Shown here: piece after piece, positions 19,016-27,916 of the stretch
Numbering within the stretch: the first letter of the stretch is position 1
Layout: each line of letters begins with the position of its first letter
NCBI GenBank assembly: GCA_034521515.1
Contig: JAXHMH010000002.1
Span: 512,444 to 576,443, forward strand
Direction: 5' to 3'
Length of the DNA stretch: 64,000 nucleotides
Source of the DNA: Candidatus Saccharimonadota bacterium
Lineage (GTDB): Bacteria; Patescibacteriota; Saccharimonadia; Saccharimonadales; JAXHMH01
Made by a program: the position numbers and the translations under genes
The notes under the pieces: generated by a model
The model's database searches: none
The model's input: only the letters and a program-made list of their open reading frames with translations
Told to the model about the DNA's origin: nothing

Positions 19016-19390
19016 GCGGGTGTCGTATAATGGCTAATATACCTGCCTTCCAAGCAGGCGATGCGAGTTCGCCCCGGTCATACGACGGGGCGCCCTATCG
19101 GATGATAGGGCGATTCTCAAGAAGCAACAATTAACAATCTACGGGTGTCGTATAATGGCTAATATACCTGCCTTCCAAGCAGGCGATGCGAGTTCGCCCC
19201 GGTCATACGACGGGGCGCCCTATCGGATGATAGGGCGATTCTCAAGAAGCAACAATTAACAATCTACGGGTGTCGTATAATGGCTAATATACCTGCCTTC
19301 CAAGCAGGCGATGCGAGTTCGCCCCGGTCATACGACGGGGCGCCCTATCGGATGATAGGGCGATTCTCAAGAAGCAACAATTAACAATCT
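19016..19390 (+). repeat. Three tandem 125-bp units, each a truncated tRNA-Gly copy with a 41-nt T-loop insert
   Basis: Units start at 19016, 19141 and 19266 and are identical except for the first base. Each holds tRNA-Gly nt 1-56, a two-hairpin insert, attctc, and a 22-nt spacer. Confidence 0.9.
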
Positions 19391-19465
19391 GCGGGTGTCG
19401 TATAATGGCTAATATACCTGCCTTCCAAGCAGGCGATGCGAGTTCGATTCTCGCCACCCGCACCA
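19391..19465 (+). tRNA. tRNA-Gly (anticodon TCC), CCA encoded
   Basis: Acceptor GCGGGTG/CACCCGC, anticodon loop CTTCCAA, T arm GCGAG-TTCGATT-CTCGC, 75 nt. Confidence 0.9.
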
Positions 19466-19498
19466 AATTATTGCTTCGCCACCCTAATCGATTATTCC

Positions 19499-19762
19499 AT
19501 GTTCTACGTATACTTCCTCAAGCTTAATAATGGCCAGATATGCACCGGCTACACCGAAAACCTAAAAAGACGCAAAAGTGAACATGATTTGGGCAAGGTT
19601 GCTTCAACTATGTCCCGACTTCCTTGTTGTTTAGTAGGATACGAAGCGTATGCTTTAAAGACAGATGCGATGCGACGAGAGAAGTTTCTTAAAACAACAG
19701 AAGGTAAAAAACTTTTTAAACAACAATATCGTGATATAATCACCTCTGTTGTGCCTCGGTAG
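19499..19762 (+). CDS. Small GIY-YIG nuclease-family protein
   Basis: ATG 19499 gives MFYVYFLKLNNGQICTGYTENLKRRKSEH (GIY-YIG core). The last 10 nt overlap the next tRNA. Confidence 0.8.
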   Translation: MFYVYFLKLNNGQICTGYTENLKRRKSEHDLGKVASTMSRLPCCLVGYEAYALKTDAMRREKFLKTTEGKKLFKQQYRDIITSVVPR

Positions 19763-19828
19763 CTCAGTGGATAGAGCAGGACGGTTCTAACGTCTTGGCC
19801 GGGGGTTCGAATCCCTCCCGAGGTACCA
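19753..19828 (+). tRNA. tRNA-Arg (anticodon TCT), CCA encoded
   Basis: Acceptor GCCTCGG/CCGAGGT (G1-U72), anticodon loop GTTCTAA, T loop TTCGAAT, 76 nt. Confidence 0.85.
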
Positions 19829-19834
19829 CGTGAT

Positions 19835-20341
19835 ATGAAACAGATTAGTGTTAATGAGTTATATCAAGAAGGGTACAGTTATACTCTCGATGAACCAGCT
19901 GGGAAGAATTTTCATCCTGATTTTGAACCGGAGCTGACACCGAAAGAGATGCTGCAACTTGGTGTTTTTGGTGGAGATTACTTTCAGGCTATTCCAAACG
20001 AATTCCCAGAAGACTGGTTTGAGGGGGCTAAGTTATCCGAAATTGGCACGGCTGATAAAAACCTGAATTATTTTAAGGTAAACGCCAGCCAGTCACTCAA
20101 GGAGTGGCAAAGAAAGGGTTGGATATATTTTGAAGATCCTAAAGGTTGGTTTTTGTGGTACTGCCGCTACTATCGTGGCAGGCGAATACCAGAGGAGGAT
20201 GAGCGGCAAATCAAGCGCTGGCGAGCGATGAATCGGCATAAATCACAGGTAGAAAAGTTTTGTGAACCAGGCGATATGACATGTCGCCCACGCCAGCGGC
20301 AGGCGTTGCTACACTGGGCATACGATTCCCGCAAAATCTAA
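19835..20341 (+). CDS. Conserved hypothetical protein (168 aa)
   Basis: Clean ORF with a W/R-rich C-terminal half (GWFLWYCRYYRGRR...QIKRWRAMNRH). I cannot name a family. Confidence 0.6.
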   Translation: MKQISVNELYQEGYSYTLDEPAGKNFHPDFEPELTPKEMLQLGVFGGDYFQAIPNEFPEDWFEGAKLSEIGTADKNLNYFKVNASQSLKEWQRKGWIYFEDPKGWFLWYCRYYRGRRIPEEDERQIKRWRAMNRHKSQVEKFCEPGDMTCRPRQRQALLHWAYDSRKI

Positions 20342-20376
20342 AGAATAGGTTTAGCCCAACAAAACCCAAGGTAATT

Positions 20377-20961
20377 ATGAATAGTCAGAGCAGCGGGTTC
20401 GGAGATACACCAGAGACCGTCCAATTGACCATCTACAGGGATGGCTGCTACCATTGTTGTATGTCAACACGTCCTTGCCAGGTTTGTAACAAAAAATTTT
20501 ACGCCAAACCAAGTCATGTTCAGAAGGGTTGGGGTAAATTTTGTTCAAAAGCCTGCCAGTATACAGGGCAGAAGACGGGGCAGACTTATCCTTGCCACCA
20601 ATGTAAACAGCAGGTATACAGGACTGTCAAAGACAGGAGGCGCTCTAAGAGCGGAAAATTCTTTTGCGGTAGGTCCTGTCAAACAGTATGGAGGAACAGT
20701 ATGCTATACGCTGGCAAGCGTCACTCCAACTGGAACGGTGGCAAGGCATCGTATAGGAGCATCTTACTTAAGACAGGATTACCTAGAGTTTGCACTAGAT
20801 GCCGGTTAACTGATACACGGATTTTAGCAGTACATCATAAGGACAGAAACCGTAACAATAATGACGCATCGAATTTGATATGGCTTTGTCATAATTGCCA
20901 TTATTTAGTTCATCATTATGTTAATGAAGGAGCTGGGTTTTTGGCTCCTCGGACTATATAG
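20377..20961 (+). CDS. HNH endonuclease with Cys-rich N-terminal region
   Basis: LAVHHKDRNRNNNDASNLIWLCHNCHYLVHH is an HNH motif, and several CxxC pairs lie upstream. The start is uncertain (20377 or a later Met). Confidence 0.8.
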   Translation: MNSQSSGFGDTPETVQLTIYRDGCYHCCMSTRPCQVCNKKFYAKPSHVQKGWGKFCSKACQYTGQKTGQTYPCHQCKQQVYRTVKDRRRSKSGKFFCGRSCQTVWRNSMLYAGKRHSNWNGGKASYRSILLKTGLPRVCTRCRLTDTRILAVHHKDRNRNNNDASNLIWLCHNCHYLVHHYVNEGAGFLAPRTI

Positions 20962-21012
20962 TGACCCGCTGCTTGCTCACCGGGGATATAACAGATATAA
21001 TAGCGCCGTTGT

Positions 21013-21090
21013 GGTGCCTGTAGCATAGAGGCCTAATGCGTCGGGTTGTGGTCCCGAAGATCGTGAGTTCGAATCTCATCAGGCACCCCA
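21013..21090 (+). tRNA. tRNA-His (anticodon GTG) with G-1, CCA encoded
   Basis: An extra 5' G pairs with C73. Acceptor GTGCCTG/CAGGCAC, anticodon loop TTGTGGT. Confidence 0.9.
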
Positions 21091-21096
21091 ATTCAT

Positions 21097-21124
21097 GAAG
21101 ATCCTAGCACGGATCTTTTTATTT
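21097..21124 (+). terminator. Rho-independent terminator after tRNA-His
   Basis: Stem gaagatcc / ggatctt followed by a T run. Confidence 0.7.
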
Positions 21125-21188
21125 TGAAGTAAATATGAACAGAAGATCCTTTGTTCGAAAAACAGAAATCATCTGCTAAGCTGGGGGT

Positions 21189-21776
21189 ATGCAACATCTG
21201 TCCGCTTCTGGATATGACGAAACGCTAATACAAAAAGCAATTGTTTATCTAACAGCGAGATTTTCTGAGTCTGGTAATAACCCCAAGCCAGTGATCTTGC
21301 ACAGTATTCGGGTGGCTACGACACTTTGGTCAAACGGAGCTCCACAAGTTTCGGTTATAGCAGCACTACTTCACGATTTGTTAGAAGACACAGACACAAC
21401 CCATGCAGACATTGCCAAGAGGTTCGGAACTGACGTGGCGGATATTGTGAGATCGTTAACGATTGAAAAGGGTCAGGCTTCTTATGATGTTAGGCTACAA
21501 GCGGCGGTAGATTCTTTTGAGTGTTCAAACAGCATTGGATACGATGCATTAATAGTGCGAGCCGCAGATTTAATTGATAACAGCTATTATTATCACAAGG
21601 CCAGTTATGAGCAAATCGATTTACTTTATCGGAAATATAAAAAGTTCATGGGTATCAGCCAAAATACTATAAAACCATCTGTGTTCTGGGTATTGTTGCA
21701 GGACAACTATGATAAGAATGTTCGACCGCTAAGAACGCATGCAGCTAAACAGCGAACACCTTTTTATAAGTTATAG
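21189..21776 (+). CDS. HD-domain protein, RelA/SpoT-type (p)ppGpp hydrolase-like
   Basis: HSIRVATTL...AALLHDLLEDTDTTHADIAKRFGTDVADIVRSLT matches the SpoT/Mesh1 hydrolase HD signature. No synthetase domain. Confidence 0.7.
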   Translation: MQHLSASGYDETLIQKAIVYLTARFSESGNNPKPVILHSIRVATTLWSNGAPQVSVIAALLHDLLEDTDTTHADIAKRFGTDVADIVRSLTIEKGQASYDVRLQAAVDSFECSNSIGYDALIVRAADLIDNSYYYHKASYEQIDLLYRKYKKFMGISQNTIKPSVFWVLLQDNYDKNVRPLRTHAAKQRTPFYKL

Positions 21777-21856
21777 GAGGGTGTGGCGTAACTTTTGCTA
21801 GCCAAGACAGTGGCGTATAATGCAACTTAGGTACTAAATAAACCAAGGAGGTGCTT

Positions 21857-22177
21857 ATGCGCTTATCGGTGTTAGCAACTAACTTAGTAAACTTTTTCGT
21901 AGGTGCTGTGCAAGCAATATTAGGAGTGAGATTCTTGCTTCGTTTATTTGGAGCAAACGAAGCTAATGGATTTGTTGACTGGGTATATGAAATGAGCGCT
22001 GTATTATTGCAGCCGTTTCGGGGTGTATTTCCGACACAAGTCTTTGATAATCAGTATGTTTTAGAGTTTTCTACCCTGTTTGCGATGCTAGTTTATGCGC
22101 TTGTCGGGATGTTCGTATTGTGGTTGATTGTTGTTCTCACGCCCGAAGAACCAGTTACTAAGAAAAAACGACGCTAA
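21857..22177 (+). CDS. YggT-family membrane protein
   Basis: Shine-Dalgarno (SD) sequence aaggagg lies upstream of ATG 21857. ILGVRFLLRLFGAN...LLQPFRGVFP is typical of YggT. Confidence 0.7.
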   Translation: MRLSVLATNLVNFFVGAVQAILGVRFLLRLFGANEANGFVDWVYEMSAVLLQPFRGVFPTQVFDNQYVLEFSTLFAMLVYALVGMFVLWLIVVLTPEEPVTKKKRR

Positions 22178-22228
22178 TAATACATAAGTAATTAAAAAGA
22201 GGCGCTGGCGGCAAGCATAAACCTCTTT

Positions 22229-23746
22229 TTATATTTCGTGCAGAGTTGTAATGTTGGCGCCTAAGCCTTGCAATCTTGCGGCGATATTTTCGTAGCCACG
22301 GTTGATTGAGTAGACGTTGCGTAAAACTGATAAACCGTCGGCTGCTAACATGCCAATAAGCAAAATAGCGGCTGGTCGTAGTGCTGGCGGGCAAGTGACG
22401 TCGCCACTTACGAACTTGGTTGGACCTTTGACGTAAACACGGTGGGCATCGATCAGTTCTACATTGGCGCCAAGTCGGCTAAGCTCGGTGAAATATATTG
22501 CCCGGTTCTCATACATCCAATCATGCAGCAATGTATCGCCTTTAGCGACAGCCGCAATCGGCACAAAAAACGGCAGATTATCTGGCAAAAGACCAGGATA
22601 GGGTAGTGGATGTATTTTATCGACAGGAGCCGTAAGTTTCCCGTTGTGTTTATAGACAGTCAGATCGGCAAGTTTGGTGTGATGGTTTTCGCTGGTGTAG
22701 GTTTCACTGCGGTCTATTTTTAGACCCATCTTCTCTAGCTTTAGAATCTCAATTTCCAGAAAATCTATCGGGCAGCGAGTTATGGTGATTTTGGAGTTGG
22801 TTGCAACGGCAGCGGCGATGAAAAACATTGTATCAACTGGGTCTTCACCGATAGTGTAGGAGATATTTTTGCGTATTTCGGGTACACCCTCAACTGTTAA
22901 TTGGGGTGTGCCTATGCCGTCAATTCTAACGCCTAATTTGCGTAAGAAATGACAAAGATCTTGAATATTGTAATTGGATGGAGCCATGCGAATATGGCTT
23001 TTACCTTTTGTGCGAGCTGCTGCTAGAAGTATATTCTCGGTCGGGGTTTCGCCCATTTCATATAACACTACATCAGCTGGCGAGGAATTCTTACGGGTCA
23101 TGTGGTAGTAGCCTGTTTTTACCTTGGTCTGCAGGCCGAAGTCTTCCAAGGCATAAATATGTGCTTGGATTGAGCGCTTGCCGAGTTTACAGCCACCGGC
23201 ATACGGGATTTTAAACTCCTTGGATTCATGCATTAACGCCCCAGCTAACATAATCACACTACGGGTTCGGCGAGCTGCCGTATTGTTTATACCGTCTAGT
23301 TTAAGCTTTTCGGGTCGTTTAATTTCTAAGCTATTGTGACCAAACCATTTAATTTGCACACCAATACTTTGTAGAACCTCAATAATCCGGTTGACCTCTT
23401 CAATGCGTGGAACTTTCAGTAGTTTTGTCGTTCCTTTATTTAACAGGCTGGCGCATAACAGGGCAACCGCGCTATTTTTAGCTGTTTTGGTCTGGACAGT
23501 GCCGCGGAGTTCGCTACCGCCCTCAACACGGAAGTTAATTGATTGTCCAGAGATAGTAATTATGGGTTTTTGGAGTACATCACTGATACGTCCAAGTGTT
23601 TCAAGGCTTAAGTTCTGTTTACCGTGTTCAATACGATTGACAGCGGATTGACTGGTGCCGAGTTTTTTAGCAAACGAAGCTTGGGTCATGCTGCGCTCTT
23701 GCCGTACCTGGTAAATTAGTTGGCCAATTTTTTCATTAGTTGTCAT
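22229..23746 (-). CDS. murA: UDP-N-acetylglucosamine 1-carboxyvinyltransferase with an N-terminal XRE-type HTH domain
   Basis: Residues 1 to about 60 form an HTH (SMTQASFAKKLGTSQSAVNRIEHGKQN). The rest is MurA, with the active-site Cys in GGCKLGKRSIQAH. TTGACA-N16-TATAAT promoter upstream. Confidence 0.9.
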   Translation of the reverse strand: MTTNEKIGQLIYQVRQERSMTQASFAKKLGTSQSAVNRIEHGKQNLSLETLGRISDVLQKPIITISGQSINFRVEGGSELRGTVQTKTAKNSAVALLCASLLNKGTTKLLKVPRIEEVNRIIEVLQSIGVQIKWFGHNSLEIKRPEKLKLDGINNTAARRTRSVIMLAGALMHESKEFKIPYAGGCKLGKRSIQAHIYALEDFGLQTKVKTGYYHMTRKNSSPADVVLYEMGETPTENILLAAARTKGKSHIRMAPSNYNIQDLCHFLRKLGVRIDGIGTPQLTVEGVPEIRKNISYTIGEDPVDTMFFIAAAVATNSKITITRCPIDFLEIEILKLEKMGLKIDRSETYTSENHHTKLADLTVYKHNGKLTAPVDKIHPLPYPGLLPDNLPFFVPIAAVAKGDTLLHDWMYENRAIYFTELSRLGANVELIDAHRVYVKGPTKFVSGDVTCPPALRPAAILLIGMLAADGLSVLRNVYSINRGYENIAARLQGLGANITTLHEI

Positions 23747-23900
23747 ATAGGTGAAATAATTATATCAACCATGATATACGTGTCAAATAGTTTCCTAGAT
23801 CTGGTTCTGCTGTTAAAATACCTCATTATGTTGTAGTTATATTTCTTAAGCACCTGAGCATGATTATAAACAAGAGATATAACAATGAGGAGCAAAAAGC

Positions 23901-25178
23901 ATGAAAGATACGGCTGTTACCGACTTGATCATTGCAGAAGAGAAACGACAACGAGAAGGCTTGGAGCTTATACCCTCCGAAAATTATGTAAGCCGAGATG
24001 TCCTGGAAGCCATGGGTAGCATTTTTACCAATAAATATTCTGAAGGCTATCCAGGCAAACGTTATTACGGCGGTCAAGAGAACACCGATAAACTTGAGAC
24101 AATTGCTATTGAGCGAGCCAAACAATTATTTAAGGCAGATCACGCCAACGTGCAACCACATTCCGGAGCACCGGCTAACGAAGCGGTCTATAGTGCCTGG
24201 CTGGAACCAGGTGATACGGTGCTAGCGATGGACTTGAGTCACGGCGGCCACTTAACACACGGTGCACCGGTAACGCGTAGCGCCAAGCTCTATAACTTTA
24301 TCCGCTACAAGATGAAAAATATCGAGACCGGCGAGATAGATTATGATGAGTTGCGAGAGTTAGCACTTAAGCACAAACCAAAGATTATTCTAGCCGGGTT
24401 CAGCGCCTATCCTCGCGAGTTAAACTACGAAAAGTTCGCCGCAATCGGCAACGAGGTAAATGCTTTACTCATGGCCGATATGGCGCATATTGCTGGGCTG
24501 ATTGCCGGCGGAGCTGCAAAGAACCCGTTCGATTATGGGTTTCATGTCATTACTACCACAACCCATAAAACTCTACGTGGACCACGCGGTGGCTTGATTC
24601 TGACACGCGGGACCGTAAGCAACCCGCTAAAAAAAGTCGATAAAACTCTAGATAATATCCCGACATTAATTGATAGAGCAGTGTTTCCAGGTATGCAGGG
24701 CGGGCCGCACATGCACATTATTGCTGCTAAAGCAGTAGCTTTTGGCGAGGCCTTGCAGCCAGAGTTCCAGGCCTATGCAAAACAAATCGTAAAAAATGCC
24801 AAAGTGCTTAGCGAAGCTATGCTCAAACAAGGTTTTAGTTTAGTTACCGGCGGCACTGATAATCACCTTATCTTGGCGGATGTTCATAAGGCCTTTGGTA
24901 TTGACGGCAAAATTGCCGAAGAAGCGCTGGATAAAATCGGCCTAACCTTAAACAAAAACAGTGTGGCAGATGATCCTCTGCCACCATTTAAGCCAAGCGG
25001 TATCCGTCTTGGCACGCCGGCGCTTACCACGCGCGGTCTCAAAGAGGAACATATGGAGCAGCTAGCCGACTGGATGAAACAGGCCATAGATAACCACGAA
25101 AACCAAGAAAAACTCGTAAAGCTTAAATTAGAAGTTAAGAAGCTTGCCTTACAGTTTCCGCTGCCGAGTGATAGGTAG
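23901..25178 (+). CDS. glyA: Serine hydroxymethyltransferase
   Basis: LELIPSENY, GYPGKRYYGG and TTTTHKTLRGPRGG (PLP lysine). Confidence 0.95.
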   Translation: MKDTAVTDLIIAEEKRQREGLELIPSENYVSRDVLEAMGSIFTNKYSEGYPGKRYYGGQENTDKLETIAIERAKQLFKADHANVQPHSGAPANEAVYSAWLEPGDTVLAMDLSHGGHLTHGAPVTRSAKLYNFIRYKMKNIETGEIDYDELRELALKHKPKIILAGFSAYPRELNYEKFAAIGNEVNALLMADMAHIAGLIAGGAAKNPFDYGFHVITTTTHKTLRGPRGGLILTRGTVSNPLKKVDKTLDNIPTLIDRAVFPGMQGGPHMHIIAAKAVAFGEALQPEFQAYAKQIVKNAKVLSEAMLKQGFSLVTGGTDNHLILADVHKAFGIDGKIAEEALDKIGLTLNKNSVADDPLPPFKPSGIRLGTPALTTRGLKEEHMEQLADWMKQAIDNHENQEKLVKLKLEVKKLALQFPLPSDR

Positions 25179-25695
25179 GCATCTCATAGGGAGTAAGAGG
25201 CTCTTTAAGATACTCAAGCTCACTTTTAATCAAAGTTAATGTAGTGGACAGTGCAACGTCACCCACGAAACAGCTGACTGGTAGTAGCTCACGCTCTTTG
25301 TATGCATCACCTTCCACAATGTAATCAATGTTCTCTACAATTGTGGTTTCATCAACGGAAATAATCGCCAATTTATCTGCTATATATGGGTAGCCTTGAA
25401 CTCTGTCTGCTCTATTATGTAAGGTTTTGTAGCGTTCCTCGGTCTCATATCTAAGTTCCTCTACAGCATAATCCACCAGGTCTTTGCGCTTAAAATATAT
25501 TTCATCAAAATATTTGTCGGCTTTGTCACGCTGAATATGTTTATAGGACTTCGCATATTTTCGCATTTTTTCATGATTATCCACCGGCCTACCGCGACCT
25601 AGCGCTTCGTCTAATAAGCCTTCGACAGCCCTGTCTCTGGGTGAAACAGTTTCTGGAGACTTTTGTTTGTTGTGGTTAAAGGAGAGCAAGCTCAT
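25135..25695 (-). CDS. Hypothetical protein (186 aa)
   Basis: Clean ORF convergent with glyA; the 3' ends overlap by 44 nt. No recognisable motif. Confidence 0.5.
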   Translation of the reverse strand: MSLLSFNHNKQKSPETVSPRDRAVEGLLDEALGRGRPVDNHEKMRKYAKSYKHIQRDKADKYFDEIYFKRKDLVDYAVEELRYETEERYKTLHNRADRVQGYPYIADKLAIISVDETTIVENIDYIVEGDAYKERELLPVSCFVGDVALSTTLTLIKSELEYLKEPLTPYEMPTYHSAAETVRQAS

Positions 25696-25795
25696 TTTTC
25701 TCTTTGTGGTTATTTTTATAAAAGTGTCTTAATTTTGTAAATAGTGCGATTTCTTAAACCCAGTGTAGGGTATTTATCCACAGATTTCAAACTAG

Positions 25796-26824
25796 TTATG
25801 GTAAAAGTTCTGGTTCTTGATTGAGTGTTATGTTGAATTTTTCCTGCACGGCGTCTAACACTTTTTGTTTGAAAGCGAGCAAATCAGCAGTTTGGTTGGC
25901 GTTTTCGTTAACGAAAACTAGGGGCTGCTTTGGCCAGGTAGCCATACCGGTTTGTTCATCGTGAAAATCTTTATAACCGGTCTTTTCAAGCAGCCAGGCA
26001 GCAGATATTTTTGCAGATCCATCAGGCTTTTGCCAATAAACAAGATCTGGGAAATCGGCTGAAAGCTGAGCTAGTTGGCCGGCTGACACTACAGGGTTTT
26101 GGAAAAACGAGCCATTGTTTGCAATGATTTTTGGGTCTGGAAGTTTAGTAGAACGTATATCAATAACCGCGTCACGGATTACTTGTGGCGTAAATTCTTT
26201 TGTGCCGTGTTCATTGAAATATCTTTGTAGTGAATCATAAAAAGGCTGCTTGATAGTATTGCGCATAAGATGATACGTAACGGCGGTGATAAAAAATCTA
26301 CCGCGATCACTCGTTTTAAAGCGGCTTGTTCGATAGTCAAACTCACAATCGCTTCCGGGTATAGTTATAAGCGTGCCTTGATGTGTGTCGAAGGCTTCTA
26401 CTGTTGTGATGGTATCTTTAACTTCGCGTCCGTATGCACCAACATTTTGAACCGGTGTTGCACCGACGGTTCCGGGAATCAGTGAAAGTTCCTCAAGCCC
26501 CGACAGGCCGGCTTTTACTGTGCGGCCTACTATGTCGTCCCAGTTTTCGCCTCCACCGGCTGTCACGTAGACATTCGTTCCATCTTCATCGAATACTTCA
26601 TACCGGAGTATTTTGTTAACGAGCACTAGACCGGGGAACCCTTCATCACGCCAGATAATATTGCTACCTTCGCCAATCATTATGATCGGCAGTTGCCGTT
26701 CAGTTGCCCAAGATACTGCCTCAGCAATTTGCGATCTTTCGGTTATTTCGCAGAGATGAGCGGCGATTCCACCTAGGCGCATGGTCGAAAAACCGCTCAG
26801 GGGGACATTGTCTAGCACGTACAT
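25796..26824 (-). CDS. murB: UDP-N-acetylenolpyruvoylglucosamine reductase
   Basis: FSTMRLGG, an FAD-binding N-terminus and a MurB C-terminal domain. ATG 26824 preferred over the track TTG at 26839. Confidence 0.9.
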   Translation of the reverse strand: MYVLDNVPLSGFSTMRLGGIAAHLCEITERSQIAEAVSWATERQLPIIMIGEGSNIIWRDEGFPGLVLVNKILRYEVFDEDGTNVYVTAGGGENWDDIVGRTVKAGLSGLEELSLIPGTVGATPVQNVGAYGREVKDTITTVEAFDTHQGTLITIPGSDCEFDYRTSRFKTSDRGRFFITAVTYHLMRNTIKQPFYDSLQRYFNEHGTKEFTPQVIRDAVIDIRSTKLPDPKIIANNGSFFQNPVVSAGQLAQLSADFPDLVYWQKPDGSAKISAAWLLEKTGYKDFHDEQTGMATWPKQPLVFVNENANQTADLLAFKQKVLDAVQEKFNITLNQEPELLP

Positions 26825-26830
26825 AGGTTT

Positions 26831-26866
26831 AAGTATCAAGTATCACGTTTCAAGTATCAAGTATCA
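26831..26866. promoter_or_regulatory. Candidate operator: AAGTATCAAGTATCA twice, 21 bp apart
   Basis: 15-mers at 26831..26845 and 26852..26866, immediately upstream of murB and in the divergent spacer to the HTH gene at 26934. Confidence 0.45.
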
Positions 26867-26933
26867 ATTGAATCTGACGCAAAATATAATGTAGTCTTGC
26901 AAGCTTATTTTGCCTGGCGTACCATGTAGGTAC

Positions 26934-27485
26934 ATGATTGAAAGAGGGAATCGACAGCCATACAGGTCTCTCGGAACTCGCATAAAGCGGCTCAGGGAGT
27001 ATAGACACCAAACACTTCTAGAGGTGTCGGGCGCGGTTGAGATAGAGCCAGAGGTTTTACGAAAAATTGAGCAAGGTGCTCAACGGCCATCAGAGGATGT
27101 GCTACTACTGCTAATAAGCTTTTTTGCTATGGCAGAAGATGAGGCATTGAAACTTTGGGAGCTGGCCAAGTACGATCAGCAAAACATGCCAGAAGGGTTT
27201 GGCGCAGAAGAAGATGCTGCTAAGACGCCGGTAGCAGTTGCCGCTTCCGATGCACGTATAAATTATACCGATATGGTTCACGTAACCGTTAATAATTACG
27301 GTGTTGTGTTAAATTTTATGCAAGGTAACGGGCCTGGGAATCAGCCAATTATTGTATCTAGAGTTGGCATGAGCAAAGAACATGCGCGCAGTGTTTTAGA
27401 CGTCTTGCAAAAAACCATGCAAGCTAGTGAACCAAAACAGTTGCCATCTTCTGAATCAACAGAGGACAGCCAGACAAAAAACTGA
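26934..27485 (+). CDS. XRE-type HTH protein with a DUF3467-like C-terminal domain
   Basis: HTH LGTRIKRLREYRHQTLLEVSGAVEIEPEVLRKIEQG. The C-terminal YTDMVHVTVNNYGVVLNFMQ...SKEHARSVLDVL resembles DUF3467. Confidence 0.65.
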   Translation: MIERGNRQPYRSLGTRIKRLREYRHQTLLEVSGAVEIEPEVLRKIEQGAQRPSEDVLLLLISFFAMAEDEALKLWELAKYDQQNMPEGFGAEEDAAKTPVAVAASDARINYTDMVHVTVNNYGVVLNFMQGNGPGNQPIIVSRVGMSKEHARSVLDVLQKTMQASEPKQLPSSESTEDSQTKN

Positions 27486-27578
27486 TATACCTAGCAATTT
27501 GTTAGAAGGGTTCTTCTGATGTGCCTTATGCTCTTAAAGAAGTGGCTTCGGACTACGCTTGTATGTTAGAATCTTTCT

Positions 27579-27905
27579 ATGGCATATAAGGACATTGAGG
27601 ATAGCAGGGCAGCCATCAGACGCCATTACTATGAAAACAAAGAGAAATACTTAGCAAAGAACAAACTTAGACGCCAAAAAATAAAAGAGTATGTGAATAA
27701 AATTAAGGCTTCCACTCCATGTGCAGATTGTAAGAATTCCTACCCATATTACGTTATGGATTTTGACCACTTGAGAGACAAGACGACTATAATTAACAAC
27801 TTTGTGAGAGCCTCGAATTTATCTGGCTTAAAAAAAGAGATAAAAAAGTGCGAAATTGTTTGCGCAAACTGCCATAGAATGAGAACATTTAATCGTATTG
27901 AGTAA
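27579..27905 (+). CDS. Small HNH endonuclease
   Basis: CADCKNSYPYYVMDFDHLRDK...CEIVCANCHRMRT. Confidence 0.75.
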   Translation: MAYKDIEDSRAAIRRHYYENKEKYLAKNKLRRQKIKEYVNKIKASTPCADCKNSYPYYVMDFDHLRDKTTIINNFVRASNLSGLKKEIKKCEIVCANCHRMRTFNRIE

Positions 27906-27916
27906 ATTCAGTTTAA

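Noticed and set aside
19016-19465. The tandem 125-bp array read as a CRISPR array
   Set aside because: The supposed spacers are identical in every unit, and the repeat is a recognisable tRNA-Gly sequence. No cas genes are nearby.
20441-20809. Alternate-frame 122-aa ORF inside the HNH endonuclease gene
   Set aside because: The overlapping frame carries the clear HNH and CxxC motifs, and this one has none.
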